DNA from: Octopus vulgaris
Taxonomy: Eukaryota
Length of the DNA stretch: 64,000 nucleotides
Reading direction: 5' to 3'
Assembly (NCBI GenBank): GCA_951406725.2
Contig: OX597831.1
Coordinates: 29,264,001-29,328,000 of the forward strand
The notes under the pieces were generated by a model, which was given only the letters and a program-made list of their open reading frames with translations, had not been told where the DNA came from and did not search any database. Positions 15,054 through 28,354 of this stretch are shown here, piece after piece. Positions within the stretch are counted from its first letter, which is position 1. Every line of letters starts with the position of its first letter. A program made the translations under genes and the position numbers.

Positions 15054-15621
15054 TTGGGTTGTCCGGAAAGTTCGTGCCGATTTTTAAAGGCAAGAAAAAG
15101 GTCAATAAATACTTGCCATATTACATTTTTAATCAACCAAATATGAACCATTTTGTTACACAATGCGTCTCCATCTTTCCTTTAACTTCGAAATACCCTC
15201 TTCCCAGAATTGAGGTGGTTTCATGGCAAAGAATTCATCAAAGTATTTTTTTATGTCATCCTAGGATTTGAACTTTTTACCATTAAAACTATTCTGTAGA
15301 AACCTGAATAAGTGGAAATTCGAAGGAGCAATATCTGGTGAATATGGAGGGTAGAGTAACACATCCCAGCCGAGCTGCAGCAATTTTTGTTTGGTTCCCA
15401 AAGCATCAAGTACCAAAGATGAACTTTCTTATCTTCCATTTTAAAGGGTTACAGAATTAACACAGGTTATAGGAACATAAATCTTCTTCCAGGAAAAGAT
15501 AGCTTATACTGTGCTCTAAATGGAGGTGTAGTCAAATCCTATTTTATGGACTCAAACATGTTCTAAAATAAGTCGAAAGGTAAGCTACTATAAATCGGCA
15601 CGAACTTTCCGGACAACCCAA
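15054..15621 (-). mobile_element. Internally deleted mariner transposon (non-autonomous)
   Basis: 30-bp TIRs TTGGGTTGTCCGGAAAGTTCGTGCCGATTT with TA on both flanks. The - strand keeps the N-terminus MEDKKVHL and the C-terminal LLQLGWDVLLYPPYSPDIAPSNFHLF motif. Confidence 0.92.
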
Positions 15622-16462
15622 TATATGTACATATATACATACGTATTTGAATATATTTCCAATTGTACAGAATATATATCTGTGACCTAGTTATAAGGAT
15701 GCTTCGGTGTGTGTGTGTGCGTGTGTGCATGTGTATGTGTATGCGTGCGCATGTGTGCGTATGTGTAAGCCTTTTACGAACTGCGTAAGAGTGACAGATT
15801 GAGGCAAATCATTCACGGATGGATAAAAAAAATGAGCAACAAAATTCGAAGAATTTGATAAGTAAAAGATAAAATGTAAAATTTATAAATCATTGATGAT
15901 AATTTTTACCATAAAAATAATTCAACGCTCAAAATCTACAGTTAAGACATTACTAATTAAGAAATGATATGAATAAAAATAAACAAATTTTTTTTTAGAA
16001 TAATTATCAAAAAGCAGTTTAAAGAATGTCTGAGATCTGGGCAGGGTAGAATCTGATGGAGGTGGGTGGTGGGCAAAGGAATATAAATGACGCAACATTA
16101 TCATTCCGTAAATATCGATTTTATCGAATAAAATAACACGCCTTTTTTTCTGGCATTTATCAAGTATTGAGTTCTCTTTTCCATTCGACTGTTCGGCTGC
16201 GGTTACATCTGCGGTTACATCTGTATATCTGTTACAAACGATGTATGTACGTACGTATGTATGCATGTATGTGTGTATGTATGTATGTATGTATGTATGC
16301 ATGTATGTATGTATGCGTGTATGTATGTATGTATGTATGTATGCATGCATGCATGTATGTATGTATGTATGTATGTATGTATGTATGTATGTATGTATGT
16401 ATGTATGCATGTATGTATGTATGTATGTATGTATGTATGTATGTATGTATGTATGTATGTAT

Positions 16463-17013
16463 GTCAGGTCACTTTCGAGTGCTACTGGTAACATGTAACC
16501 CAGTACAACCTGTTGCATGGTTGGGTCATCGGCGACTAAACCGGCAACCCCACCAAGCTTGCTTGGTGAGGAGGGTGTTTATTGGACACCCTGCGGGATG
16601 AAAAACAAAACACGTCAAAGGGCGGAGGAACTCTTGAGAGTCAACGGCCATCCAATAAATGTCTTAAGGCTATATCATGCGCGGGGACATAGAAATAATC
16701 GGACTGAATACCCGATCGCTCGGTTAAACCATTGGGAGTGAAAGACTCCTAGCGTTTGTTAGGGAATCCCTCTAGGAGAAGGTAACTCAGGTAACTAGGA
16801 TAACTCCGACATAAAACCTGCGGCACAGTGGTTACCGATGATGTTGACTTGTTCTTCTTTTCGGATTATGGCTGCTGTTGCTTAGTGAGTGGGATTGACT
16901 CAGTGCACAGCCTTTCCTCATTTAAAAAAGTCTTCTTGCACAGGCATTGCACGATAACAACATTGATTAAGCTTCGTGCAATGGCCATACTCGATAACGA
17001 GGGGGCAGCCACC
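16463..17013 (+). mobile_element. Non-coding, hairpin-rich retroposon (family R) with (ATGT)n tail; longest copy
   Basis: Near-identical copies at 19089-19459 (-), 26549-26757 and 26759-27019. Ends at GAGGGGGCAGCCACC followed by (ATGT)n; no long ORF. Confidence 0.85.
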
Positions 17014-17058
17014 ATGTATGTATGTATGTATGTATGTATGTATGTATGTACGTATGTA

Positions 17059-17170
17059 CTGCGACGTAAGGACTGTGTCAAGTCCTCATTAAAGGACTGT
17101 GATATGCATGAGACTGACTGGGAGAACAATGCCTGTCATCGTCACAGATGGAGGAAGCAGGTTAAGGAGT
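17059..17170 (+). mobile_element. RTE-type LINE 3' coding fragment
   Basis: Translates LRRKDCVKSSLKDCDMHETDWENNACHRHRWRKQVK, typical of the RTE C-terminus (R.KD..K..L......WE..A..R..WR). Confidence 0.65.
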
Positions 17171-17284
17171 TATGCAGTTTACAACGGTTTTCTAATCCAC
17201 AGCGATGCCCCAGCATGGCTGCAGTCAAGTGACTGAGACAAATAAAAGAATATACAGATGAAAGATTCTTGGAATAAAAGAAGA

Positions 17285-17720
17285 TAGGTGCAGGCATGGT
17301 TGCACAGTTACGAAGATCGCTTTGCAATCACGTGTTTTCCGGTTCATGTCTTCTATTATATTATAGTCCCGGCCGGTCAATGCATTCTAAGTGAATCTGG
17401 CTGACGGAAACTATGCGGAAGCTCATCGTTTATATGTAAATGTGTGTGTGCGTATGTATGCGAGTGTGTGTGTATGTATGTAAGTGTGCGCGTACGTGCA
17501 CGTGTGTGTACGCGCAAGCGTGTATACGTGTGATTTTGCGTTGGTGTTTGTCATTCCCTACTGCCACTACTTGATAACTGGCGTTGGTCTGTTTACGTTC
17601 CCCTAACTTAACGGTTCGGAAAAAGAAACCGCTAGAATAAGTTCCAGTCTAAAAACGTTCCAAGGCAGTACTCCAGCATGACCGCAGTCCAATGACTGAA
17701 ACGAGTAAAATAAAAAACGA
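17285..17720 (+). mobile_element. SINE family A, old diverged copy
   Basis: Degenerate head plus tail CCAGCATGACCGCAGTCCAATGACTGAAACGAGTAAAA. Confidence 0.7.
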
Positions 17721-18675
17721 TAAAAGCTATTATATTTTCCTCGCGTTCCATATATACAGAACGTGATGCGGTCAACAAATAACCATTCAATATGCAAGTC
17801 TGCCACACGGTGATGTTCTAGATCCCATATGTATTTTGAAAACGTTGTGACGTTTTTTCATTTTCCCCAGTCATAACTAAATATAGATTAATAGTTAAGA
17901 GTAAAGTAATGATCCTTGAATGTACTCTTTCTCATTCCGATGTAATTTTGTTTAGTTTCTCGTTAGCCCTCTCGGGACATATCTTTATCTCTGTAAATAA
18001 TTAACTTACTTAGGTAGTCACCTTCGTTACAGGCTATTTTTTACTCTCTACTTGATATTACATTGTTGTTCCTGGGTGTTGTCGCTCCCGTTAGATCATC
18101 AAAATTAATTTCTTACAACCGCCATAGAGGAGACCTTGCCAGATCGGCACAGCTGAAAGCTATACTGCTTTGAAGTAGCGTTATTAAATTAAACACCCAC
18201 CCAAACACAAGCACGTACATACACACACAAACACACACAAACTCACACACACACACACACTCATTCACTCACACACACACACACTCACACATGCACGCAG
18301 ACACACACAGGCATACAAACAAACAAACAAATATTACAAACATCGTGTAGAAATACCGTATCATAAACACATTAACAAACTTTACCTGAGTAATTATAGC
18401 GGCGAGATGAAACCTAATGGATCCGCTAGAAGTGTATACAACGAGCGTTCACGGAATACGTTGCTGTTTTTATAAGCCAATATTTTCGTCATTGAAATGC
18501 CATCTAAAGAATGACTGGTTGGTGTGAAACTTAAAGTAACAGTGACTACATACCTATTCATCTTTGATAATTAATAAGTGTGTGTAAATGTATGCATGTA
18601 TGTATGTATGTATGTATGTATGTATGTATGTATGTATGTGTGTAAATGTATGTATGTATATATGTATGTATGTAT

Positions 18676-18880
18676 GGCAGCGAGCTGGTAGAGTTGTTAG
18701 CAAAATGCTTAGCGGCATTTCGTCTGTCCTTACGTTCTGAGATCAAATTCTGCCGAGGCTGACTTTGCCTTTCATCCTTTCGGGATCGATAAAATGAGTA
18801 CCAGTTGAGCACTGGGGTCAACCTAATCGACTTATCCCCCCGCCCGCGAAACTGCTGGTTTTGTGCCAAAATTTGAAACC
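18676..18880 (+). mobile_element. SINE family B
   Basis: GGCAGCGAGCTGG...GCCGAGGCTGACTTTGCCTTTCATCCTTTCGGGATCGATAAAATGAGTACCAG. Confidence 0.8.
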
Positions 18881-18881
18881 A

Positions 18882-18912
<31 letters not shown>

Positions 18913-19088
18913 TCTCTGATGTATCTATCTACCTATCTAGCTGTCTGTCTGTCTTCCGTCCGTCTGTCTGTCTGTCTGTTTGTCAGCCTATCTATCAATC
19001 TTTATCTCTCTCTCTCGTTATACATACATACATGCACACGTACATACATATATACACACATAATACATACATGCTTGCATACATACAT

Positions 19089-19459
19089 GGTGGCTGCCCC
19101 CTCGTTATCGAGTATGGCCATTGCACGAAGCTTAATCAATGTTGTTATCGTGCAATGCCTGTGCAAGAAGATTTTTTTTTAAGTGAGGAAAGGCTGTGCA
19201 CTGAGTCAATCCCACTCACTAAGCAACAGCAGCCATAATCCGAAAAGAAGAACAAGTCAACATCATCGGTAACCACTGAGCTGCAGGTTTTATGTCGGAG
19301 TTATCCCAGTTACCTGAGTTACCTTCTCCTAGAAGGATGCCCAGGGGTCCTTCACTCCCAATGGTTTAACCGCGCGATCGGGTATTCAGTCCAATTATTT
19401 CTATGTCCCCGCGCATGATACAGCCTTAAGACATTTATTGGATGGTCGTTGACTCTCAA
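19089..19459 (-). mobile_element. Family R retroposon, 5'-truncated, with (TACA)n on both sides
   Basis: Reverse complement of 16635-17013 with a small internal deletion. Confidence 0.85.
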
Positions 19460-19529
19460 CATACATACATACATACATACATACATACATACATACATAC
19501 ATACATACATACATACATACATACATACA

Positions 19530-19563
<34 letters not shown>

Positions 19564-19904
19564 CATACATATATACAACGAAAACTGGAAAATAGGAGAA
19601 TACCTTTGAAGAGCTAATTAGAAGCCAGGCTATGGATTATTACTTGTTTCTCTTATCATGGATGTATAAGGCTACTTGATAGTAGATCTACATAAAGATT
19701 TAGACATGCTGGAGATTTCTAAAACAAAGAATGGATCAAACTTATTTGCATTCTCGAGATACAATCGGTAACATGTACAGTGAGAATTTGTGAAATATTC
19801 CAGTGCTTCTTCGTTTGAAATTCCGGAGCTAAACACCCGCGCAATCACATACTAATATGGCATTAACACATACTCACATGCAAAATTTATACATACACTA
19901 ACAG

Positions 19905-20053
19905 GTAAGTTGCTTGCTTACCAACCACATGGTTCCGGGTTAAGTATCACTGCGTGGCACCTTGGGCAAGTATCTTCAACAATAGCCTCGGGCCGACCAA
20001 AGGCTTGTGAGTGGATTTGGTAGACGGAAACTGAAAAAAGACCGTCGTATATA

Positions 20054-20120
<67 letters not shown>

Positions 20121-20350
20121 TTCTATATATGTATGTGTGTGTATATGCTTGTGTGTCGGTGTTTGTCCCCCCAACATCGCTTGACAACCGATGGTTGTGT
20201 GTTCACGTACCCGTAACTTAGCGGTTCAGCAAAGGAGACCGATAGAATAAGTACTAAGTTTCCAAAGAATGAGTCCTGGGGTCGATTTGCTCGACTAAAG
20301 GCGGTGTTCCAGCATGGCCGCAGTCAAATGACTGAAACAAGTAAAAGAGA
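19905..20350 (+). mobile_element. SINE family A
   Basis: Full body with an expanded internal (TA)n and the canonical tail. Confidence 0.85.
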
Positions 20351-20910
20351 TAAGAGAGAAAAGAAAGAGAGAGAGAGAGACATACACAAATCGTAATGAG
20401 AGTCATATATTTGTGTACCAAATGACATATACATCCACTACATTAGTGCAAGATAATCTAACAGCACTTGGACAGATACACACGCACACATACATACACA
20501 CACATACACACACTCAAGCACGCACGCACGCACGTACGCACACACACATACAGGCGCATACATTATATGCCTGCACCAATCAGTTCGGATAACTGTCACC
20601 CTCTCAAAGCTGTCTTCACTTACACTTAAGGGCCTCGCCATTCTGTTAGTGAGTGGCTTGAAGTAAGCACAGGAAAAAAAATTGAAAACTTGAAATAATC
20701 CCAAAGAAATATAACCTACCTACCTACATACATACATACATACCTATATACATATATACATACATACATACATACATACATACATACATACATACATACA
20801 TACATACATACATACATACATACATACGCACGCATATATGTGTGTGCATGCATGTTTGAGTGTGTGTGTGTGTACATGTGTGTTTGTGTGGATATGTACA
20901 TATAAATGCA

Positions 20911-21063
<153 letters not shown>

Positions 21064-21463
21064 CCCTCTCTCTCTCTCCCTCTCTATCTATCTATATGCA
21101 TTTGTCTTTATGTCTTGGAATGTGTATTGAGGGACACAATAATTAATGCATATGCATGTATGTATATATATATATAACTTATTTCCACACATTTTATACA
21201 TTCATATATACACTTGTTGGCATGAAACGAGGCTTTTATTACAAACACCACACCCAGTATTCTCTTGGTGATCATCACCACCATATACACCACCCCACCG
21301 CCGCCACCAAAACCACCACCGCCACCACCACCATTACCACCAACACCACCATCCTCACCGCCACTATCATCGTCGTCCTCATCATCATCATGATCATCAT
21401 GATCATCATGTCTCCGCTTCTTTAATCGATGCCAGATTCTGCGATTATTAGTTGCACTAGAAA

Positions 21464-21517
<54 letters not shown>

Positions 21518-21651
21518 CTTTTGGATTTGGCTTGCAAGATTATTTATGTGAGTTCGTGTGTTGAAGCATATTCTGTTGTGTCTGGGGAGTCATTCTCTTT
21601 TAGTGCCTTATAATTTAACACACTCACCAGTAAAATTTCCAGTCGTTTACT

Positions 21652-21733
<82 letters not shown>

Positions 21734-21789
21734 TTAATGTACACACATGTCTGTGTTATACTGTAAGACGGCATGTATTCTTTCTTTTA

Positions 21790-21967
21790 CTTTCTTCTTT
21801 TACTTGTTTCAGTCATTTGACTGCGGCCATGCTGGAGCACCGCCTTTAGTCGAGCAAATCGACCCCGGGACTTATTCTTTGTAAGCCCGGTACTTATTCT
21901 ATCGGTCTCTTTTTGCCGAAGCGCTAAGTGACGGGGGATGTAAACACACCAGCACACAAACACACAC

Positions 21968-22032
<65 letters not shown>

Positions 22033-22198
22033 TACGACAGGCTTCTTTCAGTTCCCATCTACCAAATCCACTCACAAGGCATTGGTCGGCCCGGGGCTAT
22101 AGCAGAAGACACTTGCCCAAGGTGCCACGCAGTGGGACTGAACCCGGAACCATGTGGTTGGTTAGCAAGCTACTTACCACACAGCCACTCCTGCGCCT
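21790..22198 (-). mobile_element. SINE family A
   Basis: Near-consensus copy on the - strand. Confidence 0.85.
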
Positions 22199-22674
22199 AT
22201 CTATAGATTTTAGTCAAAACACTATGCAAAGTCAGATATAAATACTCTAGTTTTGTATACGATATCATCGTAACGATAATGCACAAGCACAGACACACAC
22301 AGACACACACAGACACACACACGCATACGCACACGCACACACAAAATGACACACACGCACACATTCACGCGTGCGCACATTATATTTTCTTTTGTTTGTT
22401 TGAGCTTTGAGCCGTCGGGAAAATATAGAAACCAGAATATAAGATTACAATGAAATATTAAAGAAGAAAGGGAAAGTTTAAAAGATTAACTTAAATATTT
22501 TTCAGTATAGGCGCAGGAGTGGGTGTGTGGTAAGTAGCTTGGAATCTTGGCTGAATATGTCTTCTAGATAGGTCTTGTCTAAATATATCCTCGAGCCGAC
22601 CAAAGCCCTGTGAGTGAAAGAAGCCCACATATATATATGTGTGTATATATATATATATATATACATATATATAT

Positions 22675-22871
<197 letters not shown>

Positions 22872-22907
22872 GAAAAAAGTCTCTCTCTCTATATATATAT
22901 ATGCATA

Positions 22908-23305
22908 GAGTGGCTGTGTGGTAAGTAGCTTGCTTACCAACCACATGGTTCCGGGTTCAGTCCCACTGCGTGGCATCTTGGGCAAGTGTCTTTTGCTATA
23001 GCCTCGGGCCGACCAATGCCTTGTGAGTGGATTTGGCAGACGGAAACTGAAAGAAGCCTGTCGTATATATGTATATATATGTATGTGTGTGTATATGTTT
23101 GTGTGTCTGTGTTTGTCCCCCACCATCGCTTGACAACCGATGCTGGTGTGTTTACGTCCCCATCACTTAGCGGTTCGGCAAAAAGAGACCGATAGAATAA
23201 GTACTGGGCTTACAAAGAATAAGTCCCTGGGTCGATTTGCTCGACTAAAGGCTGTGCTCTAGCATGGCCGCAGTCAAATGACTGAAACAAGTAAAAGAGT
23301 AAAGA
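22908..23305 (+). mobile_element. SINE family A
   Basis: Near-consensus copy, followed immediately by an inverted 5'-half copy at ~23318-23462. Confidence 0.85.
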
Positions 23306-23730
23306 GTATATACACACACGACGGTCTTCTTTCAGTTTCCGTCTACCAAATCCACTCACAAGGCTTTGATCTGCCCGAGGCTATAGTAGAAGACATTTAC
23401 CCAAGGTGGGACTGATCTGGGAACCTTGTGGTTGAGAAGCAAGCATTTTACCACACAACCACATATACACACTCACAAACTCTCTCTCACACACACACAC
23501 ACACACATTATATGTATTTAAAGAGATATGTTATGTGATGCTGAAACAGTGCGGGAAGTTACAAAGTCAACTGTAAAAGGAAATGGTAAACAAATCAAAA
23601 CAAAGTTGTTTGTTGTTTTACCTTTTTATTTCTATATTTGGTGCTTATGACCCCCTCTTTGGGACATTTGGTAAAAGCGTTGGATGTGTGAAGGAAGAAG
23701 GATGAAAGTGACATGCGCAGACTAGTGTTG

Positions 23731-24670
23731 CTATAGAAACCAGTCTGCTTCATGCAGTTCCTTCTTGTTAATGGCTGGTTTCAATTCGCTTGTAAGGAGG
23801 GCCTTCCTGATTCTGAGATTGCCCCTGTTGCGTTGGGTTTCTCTGATATAAACTTCAAAATCCTGGACTTGGCACTTCTTTCAATGTTACTTCATTGAAG
23901 CGTCTGTGTGCATATGTTCTTTTATACAGATGTGCAATTTTCTGGTGGTACTCCGTATGTAGAACGCCCCAGATTTACTGCAGACTACTTCGTATACTAC
24001 ATAGGCCCTTGGGCACGTTCTGATGTCGCTGATGGGGCAATTGGTTAGTGTACACCCCACGATGTTTAAGGAAGAACTTTTCCAACTTGGGATTAAGGAT
24101 CTTCTTATGTGGTTTTCCCACTTCCGTATATTGTAAATGCAGCCGCTTGGCTACAGATGGCGAATAGCCTTTTTGCGCAAAATTCTCAAGGAACCGCATA
24201 GTGTCGATAACTTTTACAGTTGTTTCGCTGCATCTGTCTCTCAAGCTGTCATTCTGCACGTAAGCGGCTTTGGCTCTGGTGGGCAGGGCTGACTGTAGTA
24301 GCGTACGAACAGGTTCCGACCGGACGCTTCAGTTAAAATCAGTCTAGATAGAACCCTACTCTGTGATCTTGATTTGGAAACTCATCAGAGAGAGGGTTCC
24401 GAACTCGTCTGGGTGTTTTATTTCAAATTTGATGTGGTTGTCGACGTTGCTAAAGCTTTGCTGTATAGCGATCGCCTCCTTCCGGCCGGAGGTGAGCATC
24501 AGGATATCGTTGACTTATCCCGAGTAAAAGAGGCCTGAGTGGCAGGTGTTAAGCGCAATGAATTCCAGTTGGTCAAGGGATGAGATGGCCAGGAGGCCTG
24601 AGAGGCGAAATCCCATCGGTAGACCTGGGATCTGTTTGTATACTTCACCGTTGTACTGGAATTGGGTGTT
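23731..24670 (-). pseudogene. Penelope-like retroelement relic: reverse transcriptase C-terminal half plus GIY-YIG endonuclease
   Basis: The - strand translates NTQFQYNGEVYKQIPGLPMGFRLSGLLA...FYSG*VNDILM (decayed YVDD)...DNHIKFEIKHPDEFGTLS, then VVYEVVCSKSGAFYIRSTTRKLH and LRIRKALLTSELKPAINKKE. It has stops and frameshifts. Confidence 0.9.
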
Positions 24671-24739
24671 TACCTACTATGATATTTAGTAATACTCGGA
24701 TGTCTGAGGGTGTAGGACCGAAAAGGTAGAGGTTGGTGA

Positions 24740-25030
24740 AAGACGAAGGAGGAGAAAAAGAAGAAGAAGAAGAAGAAGGAAAGGGAGAAGAAGATGAAGA
24801 AGGAGGAGGAGAAGGAGAAGAAGAAGGAAAAGGAGAAGAAAATGAAGAGGAGAAGGAGAAGAAGAAGAAGAAGGAAAGGGAGAAGGAGAAGAAGAAGAAG
24901 AAGAAGAAGAAGAAGAAGAAGAAGAAGAAGAAGAAGAAGAAGAAGAAGAAGAAGAAGAAGAAGAAGAAGAAGAAGAAGGAGAATGAGAAGAAGAAGAAGA
25001 ATGAAGAAGAAGGAGAAGAAGAAGAAGAAG
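24740..25030. repeat. (GAA)n/(GGA)n purine-rich microsatellite
   Basis: Read directly; source of the spurious poly-K/R/E ORFs. Confidence 0.95.
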
Positions 25031-26548
25031 TGAATAAAGGGGCGGGAGAGACGAAAGAAGAGACGCAATGTTGTCAGTTATGGTGTCGACAGCCGGCTGT
25101 CAGTTACCATCAATTTCAGTAGTACATTGATATTATAATTCTTCGGCTCTGGGATAGGGTCAGGGTATGAGGCAAAGTTGGCCTCAGCCGGGTTTGAACC
25201 CAGAATGTTAAAAACCGTAAGAAATCCAATAGGGAATTTTTCGAATTTTTTTTCTTCCTTTTTTTTAATGAGGCTCAAAAAACGATCGAAACCAGGTCGC
25301 CGGACACAAAGTCACATAAGTTTAGGAAGTAATCGGGCTGATTTAAATTACAACACTATTCCCTCCCAACCAGCGCCAAATTCTTGATTATCTTATCCGT
25401 CCACGTCGGGGTTTGAACTCTGAGTGTAAAAATCCGTAACTTAAAACCACAAAGCATTATGTCAACTATTTTATCAATTCTATTTTATATTCTTCAGGGA
25501 GAAAAAAGAGGACGAATAACGTAGGGTTTTCTTAGTCCCTAATAATCTTGGAGGGTGACACTTTGGTTATGCTCCATGTGTGTGTTTGGGGTAGGAGGTA
25601 GATGCGGGGGGGGGGGGGTGAAGTTCCTAAAATCATTAACACATGTTTCCTTCTTCTTCATACTTCCAACCAAAACTTGTAAAGAAAAAAAGAAAACAAT
25701 AATGAACTGCCATTATCGCGAACCCTCTGTTCCTTCTGACTTCCTCCTGTCAAGAACAAATATTGGTCTTCCAGATCACAAAGATAACCCCTTTATTTCA
25801 AATATTTGCATAAAAATATATACATACATACATAGTACCTACATACGTACCTACATACATACATACATGCATACATACATACATATATACATATATACAA
25901 ACATACATACACACATACAAACATACATACATACATACATACATACATGCATGCATAGATACATACATACATACATACATACATACATACATGCATGCAT
26001 GCATACATACATACATACATACATACATTCATACATACATACATACATACATACATGCATGCATACATACATACATACATACATACATACAAACATACAT
26101 ACATACATACATGCATGCATGCATACATACATACATATATACATACATACATGCATACATACATTCATACATACATACATACATACATACATGCATGTAT
26201 ACATACATACATACAAACATACATACATACATACATGCATGCATACATACATACATACATACATACATACATACATACATACATACATACATACATACAT
26301 ACATACATACATACATACATACATACATACATACATACATACATACATACATACATACATACAAACATACATACATAGGCGGGGGCTGTGTGATAAAAAG
26401 CTTTCTTCCCAGCCACATGGTCCTGGGTTCAGCCTCATTTCATGGCACCTTGGGCAAGTGTTTTCTACTATTGCTCCAGGTCGACCAGAATCTTTTGAGA
26501 CGGAGAGTAAAAGAACCTCATTGTGTATGTATGTATGTATGTATTATG

Positions 26549-27019
26549 TAGGAGAAGGTAACTCAGGTAACTGGGATAACTCCGACATAAAACCTGCGGC
26601 TCAGTGGTTACCGATGATGTTGACTTGTTCTTCTTTTCGGATTATGGCTGCTGTTGCTTAGTGGGTGGGATTGACTCAGTGCATAGCCTTTCCTCACTTA
26701 AAAAAAAATCTTCTTGCACAGGCATTGCACGATAACAACATTGATTAAGCTTCGTGCCTTTGTTAGGGCATCCTTCTAGGCGAAGGTAACTCGGGTAACT
26801 GGGATAACTCCGACATAAAACCTGCGGCTCAGTGGTTACCGATGATGTTGACTTGTTCTTCTTTTCGGATTATGGCTGCTGTTGCTTAGTGGGTGGGATT
26901 GACTCAGTGCACAGCCTTTCCTCACTTTAAAAAAAATCTTCTTGCACAGGCATTGCACGATAACAACATTGATTAAGCTTCGTGCAATGGCTATACTCGA
27001 TAACGAGGGGGCAGCCACC
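26549..27019 (+). mobile_element. Two tandem 5'-truncated family R copies (26549-26757 and 26759-27019) in a (TATG)n tract
   Basis: Both match ~16755/16773-17013; the first lacks the terminal ~35 nt. Confidence 0.85.
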
Positions 27020-27462
27020 TTTATGTATGTATGTATGTATGTATGTATGTATGTATGTATGTATGTATGTATGTATGTATGTATGTATGTATGTATCTAT
27101 GTATGTATACATATATATTGCTTTTTCTCTCAATAAACCATGCTGGAGCAAAGCTTGAAGGGTTTTGAATTGATCGACCCAGAATTTATTTTTTAAAGCC
27201 TAGTATTTATTTGATCGGCTTTCTATGTCGCACTGCTCAGTAACTGCGACGTGATTAAACCAACACCGGCTGTCAAGCGGTGACGGGGACAAACAGACAC
27301 ATAAATGTACACACACATAAATACATACATACATAGATGCATGCATACAGATACATGCGTGCTTACACACACACACACACACACAGTCAATTCAAATAAC
27401 CAATGAATTCAGATAAACGAGTAAAATTAACAGACATCAAAAGGATGTGCGCAAGGAATGTA

Positions 27463-27692
27463 CGAAGGTGAGTCAAAAAGTAATGCCATTTTGTTTAGAA
27501 CATGTATAATTACCAACAGAGGAACATGTATCATACATCAAAATGAAGCTGGTCCTCTGTGGATCACATCCCTACTTCTCAACATAGTCACCGTTTCTCT
27601 CAATAGCAATGTTCCACCTCAATAGCAATGTTATTGCGTTGGTAATTATACCTGTCATAAACAAAATGGCATTACTTTTTGACTCACCCTCG
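27463..27692 (-). mobile_element. Mariner-derived MITE, 230 bp
   Basis: ~55-bp imperfect TIRs CGA(A/G)GGTGAGTCAAAAAGTAATGCCATTTTGTTTA with TA on both flanks. The interior - strand encodes RWNIAIERNGDYVEK*, a mariner C-terminus. Confidence 0.9.
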
Positions 27693-27721
27693 TAATAGTT
27701 TCACGCTTGGTGAAAGGAGAG

Positions 27722-27758
27722 AGTTTAACGTTTCGAGCATAGCTCTTCGTCAGAAAGT
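27722..27758 (-). ncRNA. Minimal type I hammerhead motif with a canonical CUGACGA core (family P1-related)
   Basis: - strand reads ACTTT-CTGACGA-A-GAGC(TAT)GCTC-GAAA-CG-TT-AAACT, with a palindromic ACGT stem III. Stem I is weak. Confidence 0.65.
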
Positions 27759-28086
27759 AGAAAAGGGTAAAGTACAAAAAAAGAAAAACAAAATCGCCAA
27801 CAGCATGAGTGCAATTACATTTCCGCTACCAAATTCACTCGTAAGGCTTTTGGGGGTCACAAGGCTATAGCAGAAAACACTTTCCCAAGGTGCCAGGCTG
27901 TGGGACTTAACTCGGAACATCCAGTAATATAAAACTAATCAATGCTTTATTCGGTATTAGCCGCCAGCTGAGGTGGGATCTCACTCCACGCAGTATCAAG
28001 TTATAATATGATATACGTAAGTTATGTAGCAAATATGTAGACTTGGGAAATTTAAATATTTCTCTGTGTATACACGATCCCACCAC

Positions 28087-28148
<62 letters not shown>

Positions 28149-28354
28149 TACATACGAACCCACACACACAGAAATACATACGAACACACACACACACACA
28201 CGGAAATACAGACGGTGGACGAGTCCTATTTCATATAGAAGTGCTAAGGGTCTCGTATGATAACGAAATGGATTAAAAAGTGTCAAATGAAATGAATTAA
28301 GAAACGGGAATAAAAATTAATCAGAGAAACTGTTTTACTACCAGAACACGAAAA

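Noticed and set aside
16463-16620. HDV-like ribozyme at the 5' end of family R
   Set aside because: I could not thread the nested double pseudoknot (P1, P1.1, P2, P3) by eye; only simple hairpins and a three-way junction are supported.
24733-25122. Poly-K/E/R ORFs
   Set aside because: Translation of the (GAA)n tract.
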